A stretch of 22,323 nt of DNA, from positions 1 through 22,323 of the forward strand of contig JBHIAE010000047.1 of the NCBI GenBank assembly GCA_046758445.1, in the 5' to 3' direction. How positions within the stretch are numbered: position 1 is the first letter of the stretch; the number at the start of each line of letters is the position of its first letter. The notes under the pieces are model-generated. The model did no database searches, had not been told where the DNA came from, and worked only from the letters and a program-made list of their open reading frames with translations. The DNA comes from Candidatus Thorarchaeota archaeon. GTDB lineage: Archaea; Asgardarchaeota; Thorarchaeia; Thorarchaeales; Thorarchaeaceae. Positions 14,082 to 22,323 of this stretch are shown here, piece after piece. The position numbers and the translations under genes were made by a program.

Positions 14082-15371
14082 ATGGAGGAGATGGTCTGTA
14101 CTGGATGTTCCCTGTTGTGTGATGACGTAGCTGCTTCAGAAGAAGGCGGTGTAGTAAGTTCGCTTGGGTTCTGTCGATTGGGACATGTGCACTTGGAGTC
14201 AGCAGCCGAGCATGCTGAAGCATCGGGTGTAGTTCGTGAGGGCAAGAAGCTGAACACTGTATCAGTGAATGATGCCATTACAAAGGCTGCAGACATGCTG
14301 GTTTCAGGTGAGCGCGTTCTACTCTATGGATGGTCACACTCTACAGATGAAACCGTAGAGGAAGGACTTGACCTGGCCACTACACTCGGAGGCTTCTTCG
14401 ACAGCAATGCTAGCATGGCTATGGCCCAGTCACTATCTCATGAGATTCACTCCATGAAGTTGGGTATCGACCTTGAATATGTTCGGAACAATGGTGAGTT
14501 TGTGATCTACTGGGGTTCAGACCCGACTGAGAGTAGTCACAGGCACCCAAGTAGATTTGCTGTTCTGCCAAGAGGTGAGAAGATACCGGAGGGTATTGAG
14601 AGCAGGACCATTGGTGTAGTTGACATCCGGGAAACAGAGACTATGAAGATGGCAAATCACCGGATCATCATTCCTTCCGGGTCTGACGCCGAGCTTCTCA
14701 ATGCGATATCTGCAGAGGTATCCGGCGATTCTTCTATCACCGGGCCAGTGGCCGGAGTGGCACCAACTGAGCTACTTGGCCTTGTGAGAGGACTCCAGAA
14801 GTCAGACTGTACTGTCATCTTCTATGGCACAGGGATCATGAACTCGAAGCATTTTGGAAGCAATCTGGACAGTCTGTCTGGACTAGTGAAGGCTCTCAGA
14901 AGATCTGGTAAGGAGGCATATGCACTCCCAATGTCACATGACAGCAACATCATGGGTGCAATCAAGACTTCCAATGATGCTACAGGATCGCCTGCAACAT
15001 TTGACTATGCATCTGGAAGTCCCGGTGCCAGTTCCAACTCAACTGCCCTTCAGAAACTAGTCGCAGGGGAGTTTGATTCTTCCCTCGTGGTAGGATGCGA
15101 TTCATTGGCAGAAATGCCTGGTCCAGCAGCAAGGGCACTGGCCAGCACGAACCTAGTATATGTGGGTCGGCCAGGAGGACTCACAGAGAGGAAGGCGGCC
15201 GTGTCAATCTTCACTACCGAGGACATATTGACTGGCGCAGGGACGATGCACAGGTCTGACTTCGTGGAGGTTGGGATGAAGTCTTTGGGCACTCGCATAA
15301 AGGGACCTTTGACGCAGCTAGAGGCTCTTAAGAAGATTCACGAGAAGGTCCGCCAGGGTAGCAAGGAGTAA
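14082..15371 (+). CDS. fwdB: FwdB/FmdB-like formylmethanofuran dehydrogenase subunit B homologue, predicted catalytically inactive
   Basis: CTGCSLLCDD...CRLG Fe-S motif, LLYGWS, V.N....VIYWG.DP....RH.SRF, VVDIRET.T...A, GT.HR.D motifs. ATG 14082 lies 5 nt after SD-like AGGTGA (ORF track start GTG 14073). The metal-ligand Cys is absent. Confidence 0.88.
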   Translation: MEEMVCTGCSLLCDDVAASEEGGVVSSLGFCRLGHVHLESAAEHAEASGVVREGKKLNTVSVNDAITKAADMLVSGERVLLYGWSHSTDETVEEGLDLATTLGGFFDSNASMAMAQSLSHEIHSMKLGIDLEYVRNNGEFVIYWGSDPTESSHRHPSRFAVLPRGEKIPEGIESRTIGVVDIRETETMKMANHRIIIPSGSDAELLNAISAEVSGDSSITGPVAGVAPTELLGLVRGLQKSDCTVIFYGTGIMNSKHFGSNLDSLSGLVKALRRSGKEAYALPMSHDSNIMGAIKTSNDATGSPATFDYASGSPGASSNSTALQKLVAGEFDSSLVVGCDSLAEMPGPAARALASTNLVYVGRPGGLTERKAAVSIFTTEDILTGAGTMHRSDFVEVGMKSLGTRIKGPLTQLEALKKIHEKVRQGSKE

Positions 15372-15392
15372 CAATCTTGGAGTCGAAACACA

Positions 15393-16190
15393 ATGAAGAT
15401 CGCAGTCGCTGGTAAAGGTGGAGTAGGCAAGACAACAGTCGCTGGAACTCTGGCAAGATTGCTGGGACAAGATGGCCTCAAGATCCTTGCTGTTGATGCT
15501 GACCCAAGCTACACGCTTTGGTCTGCACTTGGCATTCCTGCTGAGGAGGCGGAGAAGATTGTTCCATTGACTGACAATGAAGAGCTCTTGCAGGAGCGTA
15601 TGGAGATTGAGGGTGCGGGTTCATACAGGAGCATCTTCAAGCTGAACCCAAAGGTCGACGACCTTGCAGATAAGTTTGCAATTCAGGGTCCGGACAATGT
15701 GACGTTGCTGGTGGCTGGTACTGTTGACGTTGGTGATCAAGGGTGCATGTGCCCGTCAGCAACACTACTCAAGGCATTAATGCGTCATCTCGTTCTTGGA
15801 AGTGACGAAGCATTCGTGATGGACATGGATGCAGGCGTAGAGAATCTCGGTCGAGGAACCACCAGGGGAATTGACGCACTCTTAGTAGTCGCAGAACCAG
15901 GTCGAAGGTCTCTGAACATCCTGTCCAAGATAAAGAAACTCGCAACAGACATCGATGTGGGTCGGATACTTGCCGTAGGCAACAAGGTAGACGGTCCAGA
16001 GGATGAGGACATGATTCGACAGAGAGTTGAGGCTGAAGGGATATCACTCCTCGGTTTGGTCCCACTGGACAACTCTGTCAAAGAAGCAGACAGGAAGGGA
16101 ATAGCGCCGATTGACCTAGACCCGAACTCTACCGGGATGGTCGCTCTGCGCGACATCAAGGACCGCCTCGTCCAGGAAGTCGCAGTCTGA
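15393..16190 (+). CDS. cooC: CooC/AcsF nickel-insertion ATPase for CODH/ACS
   Basis: MKIAVAGKGGVGKTT deviant Walker A, VDADP, GCMCP Ni-binding CxC, DMDAGVENLGRG, VGNK; directly upstream of cdhA. Confidence 0.92.
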   Translation: MKIAVAGKGGVGKTTVAGTLARLLGQDGLKILAVDADPSYTLWSALGIPAEEAEKIVPLTDNEELLQERMEIEGAGSYRSIFKLNPKVDDLADKFAIQGPDNVTLLVAGTVDVGDQGCMCPSATLLKALMRHLVLGSDEAFVMDMDAGVENLGRGTTRGIDALLVVAEPGRRSLNILSKIKKLATDIDVGRILAVGNKVDGPEDEDMIRQRVEAEGISLLGLVPLDNSVKEADRKGIAPIDLDPNSTGMVALRDIKDRLVQEVAV

Positions 16191-16283
16191 AGGCCCAAGA
16201 CTATGGTTACATCCTGAAACATTTCGTTTATCTGCGGTTAACGACTGACCTAGCTCAGTTCTGGTAACTTTCGTGGCCGATTC

Positions 16284-16297
16284 ATAAGCTTATTATG
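16284..16297 (+). promoter_or_regulatory. Putative internal promoter (TATA-like) upstream of cdhA
   Basis: AT-rich TTATTAT overlapping palindrome ATAAGCTTAT (16284-16293), about 50 nt upstream of the cdhA ATG in a 154-nt intergenic gap. Confidence 0.35.
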
Positions 16298-16344
16298 CTA
16301 CAACTGGTGACGCGAGAGTACGAGCCACAGGGTTTGAATGCAAT

Positions 16345-18687
16345 ATGAAGAAGAAGGTACACTTCAAAGCTGATGAAGCTAGGACAGGCCTAGGCGTATT
16401 CAAGAACCTAGAAGTCAGCATCGGCACTATTGTCGATGACGAGTGGGATGCGCCAATGGGTCCAACCCCTTTGCCTGGACCTACTGCTCTCCGCTCGTGG
16501 GACCACAAACTTCTATCCAGATATCATCCATCCTATATGCCGTATTGTCAGGTCTGTTGCTTATGCACTTTCGGAAAATGCGATCTCACTGGCGACAAGA
16601 AGGGTGCATGCGGACTGAACATGAAAGGTCAACAGGCCCGGATTGTTCTCACTGCCGCTAACATGGGCTGCTCAGCACACCTTGCACATGCACGACATCT
16701 TGTAGATCATTTGACAGGAGAATATGGCCCCGGCGCAGAACTGATTCAGGGACCGGGGACGGAGATTCATGCTCCTGTTTCACGTCTTGTCACAGGAATG
16801 CGTCCTAGGACCCTTCAAGATGCAGGTGTAATCTTGGACTATTGCGAAACGCAGCTAGCTCACACACTGTCTGCTACAGCAACTGGACAAGAAGGAAGTT
16901 GGCTGGACTTTGAGAGCAAAGTGCTCCATACCGGAATGATCGACCAGTTGAGTATGGAGATTGCTGACTTAGCTCAGGTGTCAACTCTGGGCTTCCCCCA
17001 GGCCGACCCTGATGCACCTCTGGTCGAAGCTGGCTTGGGGATGATGGACAAGAAGAAAGCTGGCATCTTGGCGATAGGGCACAATGTTTTGTATGCTGCA
17101 TCAGTAACCGACTACATTACTGAGAATGATCTTAATGATAAGGTCGAATTGGGGGGAATCTGCTGCACAGCTTGGGACATAACTCGACGCGACGCTAGTG
17201 CCAAGGTCATCGGACCAATCTCATATCAACTCAGATTTGTAAGAAGTGGCATGGCTGATGTCATAATCGTCGATGCACAATGCATCCGAACCGATATCGT
17301 TGAGGAAGCTCAAAAGGTCAAGGCCGTTGTCATATCCACTACTGACAAATCTGTACTCGGATTACCTGACAGGACAGATGATCCTGTCGATGAAATTGCA
17401 GAAGACTTGGTTTCCTACAGAAGCCCTGGTGCTCACATAGCCGACACACGCAAGGTTGGTGAAGTTGCTGCCAAAGTGGCGATAGCTCTTCATCCGATAA
17501 GAAAGAAGAAGAGGATTCTGCCGAGCAAGGCGAAGATCAAGAAGATGGCCGAATCCTGCAAGAAATGCATGGAGTGTGTTAGGAGCTGTCCAAATGACCA
17601 GCCTGTTCAGGAAGCCGTTCTTGCAGCCGCGGTTGGCAATTATGAGCCTCTCAGAGAAGTATACCATAATTGCATTGGCTGTGCACGCTGTGAATCTGCC
17701 TGTCCTAATGAGTACGATCTCCATGGCTGGATGGTAGTAGCAGCAATGGACGAATGCAAGAATGAGAAGTATGTTCTCCGAACTGGGCGAGGAGCAATAC
17801 AGGATACAGAGATTCGGAGTGTTGGTCAGCCAATTGTGTTTGGTGAGATACCTGGAGTCATTGCTCATGTTGGCTGCGCCAACTATCCCGGTGGGGGAAA
17901 AGATGTACACGACATGGCAGAGGAGTTTGCGAAGAGAAGATACATCATTGTCACATCCGGCTGCGCAGCAATGTCGGCAGGGCAAGTGAAGGATGAGAAT
18001 GGGCAGTCTATTTATGAACGCCGCGGAGGCGCTTTCGATGCGGGAAATGTAGTTAATGTTGGCTCATGCGTTTCGAATTCGCATATTGCAGGCGCCGCCA
18101 TCAAGATTGCCGCTATTTTCGCAAAAAGGAATTTGCGAGGCAACTACGCAGAGATTGCAGACTATATTCACAACCGAGTTGGCGCTGTGGGTATCTCATG
18201 GGGCGCCATGTCACAGAAAGCTGCGTCAATTGCAGCTGGATTCTGGAGGCTCGGAGTGCCTGTGATAGTTGGCCCTCATGGATCCAAGTATCGTAGAATG
18301 CTTCTTGGAAGAGCCGACAGAGAGAAGGATTGGGTTGTCTGGGACGCCCGTACGGGTGAACGAATGCAGACCGCCCCTGGTCCAGAACATCTCTTCTATG
18401 CAGCTGAAACCGTGGATGAAGCCAATGTGTTGACTGCAAAGCTCTGTCTAAGACCCAATGACACCAGCAAAGGTCGCTCAATCAAGCTGAGTCACTATAT
18501 AGACATCCATGAGAAATCTTATGGCTACTTCCCAGAAGATGTCTGGACTTACATCAGACGTGATTCTGACATTCCAATCACTCTGAAGGACAAGATACTG
18601 GCTCAGATGAAGGAGAACAAATGGAAGGAGCGGAAGATTCCAGACCCGACGCTCCTCAAGGAGCAGGTAATTGGAGGTGGTGCCTAA
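16345..18687 (+). CDS. cdhA: CO dehydrogenase/acetyl-CoA synthase (ACDS) alpha subunit
   Basis: PMGPTP.P, CQVCCLCTFGKC..GACG, GHN, GICCT, DAQC, two extra ferredoxin motifs (CKKCMECVRSCP, CIGCARCESACP), GCANY, SGC, GSCVSN, WGAMSQKA, PDPT C-terminus. Confidence 0.97.
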   Translation: MKKKVHFKADEARTGLGVFKNLEVSIGTIVDDEWDAPMGPTPLPGPTALRSWDHKLLSRYHPSYMPYCQVCCLCTFGKCDLTGDKKGACGLNMKGQQARIVLTAANMGCSAHLAHARHLVDHLTGEYGPGAELIQGPGTEIHAPVSRLVTGMRPRTLQDAGVILDYCETQLAHTLSATATGQEGSWLDFESKVLHTGMIDQLSMEIADLAQVSTLGFPQADPDAPLVEAGLGMMDKKKAGILAIGHNVLYAASVTDYITENDLNDKVELGGICCTAWDITRRDASAKVIGPISYQLRFVRSGMADVIIVDAQCIRTDIVEEAQKVKAVVISTTDKSVLGLPDRTDDPVDEIAEDLVSYRSPGAHIADTRKVGEVAAKVAIALHPIRKKKRILPSKAKIKKMAESCKKCMECVRSCPNDQPVQEAVLAAAVGNYEPLREVYHNCIGCARCESACPNEYDLHGWMVVAAMDECKNEKYVLRTGRGAIQDTEIRSVGQPIVFGEIPGVIAHVGCANYPGGGKDVHDMAEEFAKRRYIIVTSGCAAMSAGQVKDENGQSIYERRGGAFDAGNVVNVGSCVSNSHIAGAAIKIAAIFAKRNLRGNYAEIADYIHNRVGAVGISWGAMSQKAASIAAGFWRLGVPVIVGPHGSKYRRMLLGRADREKDWVVWDARTGERMQTAPGPEHLFYAAETVDEANVLTAKLCLRPNDTSKGRSIKLSHYIDIHEKSYGYFPEDVWTYIRRDSDIPITLKDKILAQMKENKWKERKIPDPTLLKEQVIGGGA

Positions 18688-19232
18688 TGGTCATGCGACC
18701 AGTTCCATGGCAGACAGGTGAGATATGCGGTCCAGAGAGTGCAAAGTCCCTCACGAAAGCCACTCAACTTCAGAGATCTTTCAGACAGACAAAGAAACCA
18801 CTGCTGATTGTGGGATCTGAAGCTGTCAATGAGAAGCACAATGAGGGCGACATGATTGACTATGCGATTGCATTGTCAAAAGCTGGGAAGATGCCTGTTA
18901 TTGCTACCGGAGGTGCAATCAAGGCTTTTATCAGCAAGGGCTTTGGGGGTGCAAAGTCCATGGGTGCTATGGAATTAGCACTCTACCTCCAAGACGAAAC
19001 ATGGACAGGCCCTCAAGAGAAGGGCCCTCACGACCTTGTCCTCGTGTATGGAATCCCATACTATATGCAGTGGACACTGTTATCCGCAACAATGAACTTC
19101 GGGACCCACTTGACGACAATCTCCCTGGCGCGCCACTATCAACCACATGCAGATTGGTCTTTCCCGAACATGAAGGAGAAGCAGTGGCACGAGATTCTAG
19201 ATGAGATTCTAGAGTTTGTAGGAGGAAAGTAG
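18687..19232 (+). CDS. cdhB: ACDS epsilon subunit
   Basis: PWQ.....GP, KKPLLIVG, L.D..W.G....G.HDLV...G.PYY....LS, QPHADWSFPN; ATG 18687 overlaps the cdhA TAA (TAATG) and follows GGAGGTGG, so it is preferred over 18621. Confidence 0.93.
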   Translation: MVMRPVPWQTGEICGPESAKSLTKATQLQRSFRQTKKPLLIVGSEAVNEKHNEGDMIDYAIALSKAGKMPVIATGGAIKAFISKGFGGAKSMGAMELALYLQDETWTGPQEKGPHDLVLVYGIPYYMQWTLLSATMNFGTHLTTISLARHYQPHADWSFPNMKEKQWHEILDEILEFVGGK

Positions 19233-19233
19233 A

Positions 19234-20643
19234 ATGTCTTTCGAAGATATCCCGGTAGACGTAGGCGTCGTCTACGAAGGTGAACGAGTAAGAGGCAAAG
19301 ACATGTTTGTCGAGCTCGGTGGACCAAAGATAGAGAAGAAGTTCGAGTTGGCACTGGCACGTGAGATGGACCAGATTGACGATGAGAAGGTCACCATTAT
19401 TGGGCCAGATCTCAAGGACATGGATGAAGGAAGCTACCATCCCTTTGGCATTCTTGTTGAGGTGGCCGGAGAAGACATCGAGCCAGATCTCGAAGGTGTT
19501 GTCGAGCGGCGAATCCACGAGTACGTGAACTTCGTAGAAGGCATGATGCACCTCAACCAGAGATACGACATCTGGATCCGCCTCAGCAAGAGGTCCTACG
19601 GTAAGGGCTTCAACACCTTGGAACACCTGGGGAAAGTCCTGATTCGACTCTTCAAGAGCGAGATGAATATCATCGAGAAGATACAGGTTACGTTCTTGAC
19701 CGACCCCGAGAAGGTCGCCGAACGATACGATGAAGCCATCAACAGGTACAATGAGCGAGATGCGAGAGCGAGAGGTCTCAGTGACGCCGACGTGGATACA
19801 TTCTACGGCTGTTCTCTCTGCCAGTCATTTGCTCCGACTCACGTGTGCATGATAACTCCTCAGAGGTATGCGAACTGTGGGGCAATCAGTTGGTTTGACG
19901 GACGAGCAGCTGCGCGCGTTGATCCTAAAGGACCCCTGTATGCCATTCCAAAGGGTGACGTAATAGACGAATTTCGTGGTGAGTACACTGGAGTGAATCA
20001 GGTCTATGCTGAGAAGTCGCTCGGGAAGGTGACATCTGTGGCTCTCTATAGTGCATTTGAGAAACCCCACACAAGCTGCGGCTGCTTTGAAGCCATAGCA
20101 TTCGTGATCCCGGAAGTGGACGGACTTGGAGTTGTTCACAGAGACTTCAAAGGCGAGACTGTCAACGGACTTCCCTTCTCTAGCATGGCTGACTCCACGG
20201 CCGGAGGTCGCCAGGTACCGGGCTTCCACGGTCTCTCGATTGAGTACATGAGGTCCCCACGATTTCTACAAGTTGATGGTGGGTGGAATAGGATTGTCTG
20301 GTTGCCAGACTCAGTGAAGCAGCGTGTCTATGAATTCATGCCGGAGGACATCCGTGACAAGATTCCGACAGAGAATGAGGTCATGTCAATTGCAGACCTT
20401 AAGACATACTTGAAGCAGGAGAATCATCCAGTCGTAGAACGCTGGGTGGAACTGGAAGAAGAGGAAACGACGGCTCTTGCGGAAGTCGCTGAGGGTAGTC
20501 AAGACTACGTCACTGTTCCTGGAGACCTGACTGCAATGGTGGGCGGTGTCGGTGGAGGTCTTGAGATCATCTTCAAGAACGCGAAGATATACGCCGAGAA
20601 AGTCATCATTCGCAAGACAGGCAAGGGTGACAAGAAGAAATGA
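19234..20643 (+). CDS. cdhC: ACDS beta subunit (acetyl-CoA synthase)
   Basis: YEGERVR...ELGG, ERRIH...EG.MHLNQR, A-cluster ligands CSLCQSFAPTHVC...CGA and HTSCGCFE, GGWNRIVWLP, C-terminal IIFKNAKIYAEKVII. Confidence 0.97.
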   Translation: MSFEDIPVDVGVVYEGERVRGKDMFVELGGPKIEKKFELALAREMDQIDDEKVTIIGPDLKDMDEGSYHPFGILVEVAGEDIEPDLEGVVERRIHEYVNFVEGMMHLNQRYDIWIRLSKRSYGKGFNTLEHLGKVLIRLFKSEMNIIEKIQVTFLTDPEKVAERYDEAINRYNERDARARGLSDADVDTFYGCSLCQSFAPTHVCMITPQRYANCGAISWFDGRAAARVDPKGPLYAIPKGDVIDEFRGEYTGVNQVYAEKSLGKVTSVALYSAFEKPHTSCGCFEAIAFVIPEVDGLGVVHRDFKGETVNGLPFSSMADSTAGGRQVPGFHGLSIEYMRSPRFLQVDGGWNRIVWLPDSVKQRVYEFMPEDIRDKIPTENEVMSIADLKTYLKQENHPVVERWVELEEEETTALAEVAEGSQDYVTVPGDLTAMVGGVGGGLEIIFKNAKIYAEKVIIRKTGKGDKKK

Positions 20644-21833
20644 CATCAGAGGATGACGAGAGAGGACAATCATTGGACGACATCTTCGGCGATTTCGCTG
20701 AGCTCGAGCTGGAGAATGTTTCCATTGAGGTCGATGAGCTGAGGATTGCTCTTCGTCCCATGGTCCAGAGAATGGCACAGGCAGCAGCTAGGGCTGCGAT
20801 AGAGATGCCGAAGTCCCTAATACCTTCCTCATTCAAGGCCCCCCTCGGTGAGTATCCCGGAACAATCCGTGAGATCACCATCGGAGCCACAAAGAAGGAC
20901 GGTGGGTCTCGAAGCAACTCTGTGACAATCGGGGGGCACACGGCACCAGCCTGGGATCTGTTCCAGTCGCCCCCCAAGAACCTACCGGTGATTGCCGCTG
21001 ACGTCTTCGATATGCCAATCTCCCTCGCAAAGGCCGTGAAGACACACTACAGGGAAGTAATGGAGGACCCTGCAGAGTGGGCAAGGCTCTGTGTTGACAA
21101 GTTTGGTGCAGACCTCATTACAATACATTTGATCAGCACAGATCGACAGATTCGTGACACATCCCCTGGAGAAGCTGCAAAGACTGTTGAGGAAGTGCTT
21201 CAGGCTGTGAAGGTGCCAGTGCTCATTGGTTCAGCGGGAGACCCGGAGAAGGATGGACCAGTCTTGGCAAAGGCCGCAGAGGTCTGCGAGGGTGAGAGGA
21301 CACTGCTTTGTTCAGCGACTGTGGATGTCTATGAACCAGTTGCTCAGGCGGCCAAGAAGCATGATCAGGTAGTCCTCTCTTGGACATCACTTGATATCAA
21401 TCAGCAGAAGGAGTTGAACCGTAGGCTCATAGACTGGCTTAGACCTGATCAGATCGTGATTGATCCGACGACCGCGGCCCTAGGCTATGGTCTCGAGTAT
21501 GCCTTCACGATGATGCAGAGAATGCGGTTGGCAGGCCTTCTTGGCGATGAGGAGCTACAGTACCCGATTAGCTCTGGCACTACGAATGCATGGGCCGCCA
21601 GAGAGGCATGGCTGAAGGCACCGGAGCTCGGTCCACGAGAGCTGAGAGGTCCCATCTGGGAGAGCGTCACAGCACTTTCCTTGCTACTCGCTGGTAACGA
21701 TTTGTTCATGATGATGCACCCTGCAGCCATTAAGACAGTACACGACCTGGTAGGCTGGTTGCGCGAACGACGACCAATCCCCGGTGAGGAGTATGCAGAC
21801 TGGACTATGATGTCCATTCCGGAGGAAACGTGA
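20640..21833 (+). CDS. cdhD: ACDS delta subunit (corrinoid Fe-S protein small subunit)
   Basis: IGAT..DGG.R...VTIGG, FGADLITIHLISTD, G.PEKD, DINQQKELNR, DPTTAALGYGLEY, AWAAREAW, MMMHP; ATGA overlap with cdhC. Confidence 0.96.
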   Translation: MTSEDDERGQSLDDIFGDFAELELENVSIEVDELRIALRPMVQRMAQAAARAAIEMPKSLIPSSFKAPLGEYPGTIREITIGATKKDGGSRSNSVTIGGHTAPAWDLFQSPPKNLPVIAADVFDMPISLAKAVKTHYREVMEDPAEWARLCVDKFGADLITIHLISTDRQIRDTSPGEAAKTVEEVLQAVKVPVLIGSAGDPEKDGPVLAKAAEVCEGERTLLCSATVDVYEPVAQAAKKHDQVVLSWTSLDINQQKELNRRLIDWLRPDQIVIDPTTAALGYGLEYAFTMMQRMRLAGLLGDEELQYPISSGTTNAWAAREAWLKAPELGPRELRGPIWESVTALSLLLAGNDLFMMMHPAAIKTVHDLVGWLRERRPIPGEEYADWTMMSIPEET

Positions 21834-22323
21834 TGGTAAAGCTTGCAGGTCCCTTGGACATCTATCCACTTCTCCCAGGCACCAACTGCGAGCTGTGCGG
21901 AGAAGCTAACTGCATGGCATTCGCAACCAAACTTGCGGAGTATACTGTGAAACTGTCTGCGTGCACCCCACTCTTTGAGGAAACTCAATACGCCAAGAAG
22001 CTGACCAGGCTGGAGGATCTGATTCGTCCAGCCGTCCGAGAAGTAACAATCGGTGTTGGTGCGAAAGCAGCGTCGATAGGCGGGAAGCTGGTTCTCTACA
22101 GACACGACCTACGATACACGAATCCAGTTGCCTTCTTCATTGACATTGCCGACAATCTTGACTCGGAGGCGTTGTCACAGAGGGTCAAGGCAATCGAGGA
22201 ATGGACTTACGTATACATCGGACAGAATCTACGGTTGGACGGCATAGCCCTGAGAGGCGTATCGCAGGACCCCAAGACATTCGCCAAGGCAGCAAAGCAG
22301 GTGTCCAAGCTTACAGACTGGCC
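21833..22323 (+). CDS. cdhE: ACDS gamma subunit (corrinoid Fe-S protein large subunit), 3'-truncated by the window edge
   Basis: Not in the ORF track (no stop in window). ATG 21833 overlaps the cdhD TGA; translation MVKLAGPLDIYPLLPGTNCELCGEANCMAFATKLAEY...ACTPL...PAVREVTIG...IGGKLVLYRHD...NP. Confidence 0.95.
   Translation, partial: MVKLAGPLDIYPLLPGTNCELCGEANCMAFATKLAEYTVKLSACTPLFEETQYAKKLTRLEDLIRPAVREVTIGVGAKAASIGGKLVLYRHDLRYTNPVAFFIDIADNLDSEALSQRVKAIEEWTYVYIGQNLRLDGIALRGVSQDPKTFAKAAKQVSKLTDW

Noticed and set aside
13439-14296. 285-aa minus-strand ORF and other long shadow ORFs (e.g. 17362-17985, 18967-19626, 21485-22105)
   Set aside because: They lie antisense to confidently identified genes, have atypical composition and show no motifs.
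14418-14420. Sec (TGA) at the FwdB metal-ligand position
   Set aside because: The codon is GCT (Ala), not TGA, so this is loss of the ligand and not recoding.
16225-16243. Imperfect palindrome CGTTTATCTGCGGTTAACG upstream of cdhA as a ModE/SurR-type operator
   Set aside because: Only the 4-bp ends pair cleanly and it does not match either consensus well enough to call.
1-22323. CRISPR arrays, tRNA/rRNA genes, IS elements
   Set aside because: Intergenic gaps are all under about 230 nt and show no spaced repeats, cloverleaf/T-loop signatures or transposase ORFs on reading.

Overview
Archaeal chromosomal window, most likely from an Asgard archaeon (Thorarchaeia-like; inferred from a Rab-like small GTPase together with an archaeal-type Wood-Ljungdahl cluster). 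Left part: 5'-truncated larC homologue, a PolB2/Dpo2-type DNA polymerase with its small partner gene, a small membrane protein, a tungsten-type aldehyde:ferredoxin oxidoreductase followed by two ubiquitin-like (MoaD/ThiS) genes, two orphan ORFs, a DUF3786-like protein and the Rab-like GTPase. Right part: a C1/energy cluster with fwdD-like, fwdF polyferredoxin and an hdrA-mvhD fusion, divergently arranged from fwdG-like, fwdB-like, cooC and cdhABCDE (CODH/ACS; cdhE runs off the end). The most striking observation is that FwdB has lost its W/Mo-ligating Cys and the His/Arg active-site residues while keeping its [4Fe-4S] cysteines, and FwdD has lost its conserved cofactor-contact motifs in parallel. 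This suggests a cofactor-less Fwd pseudo-enzyme module attached to an intact electron-bifurcation wire (HdrA-MvhD/FwdF/FwdG) next to CODH/ACS. No rRNA, tRNA, CRISPR array or mobile element was recognised. All family assignments come from motif recognition by eye; no searches were run.
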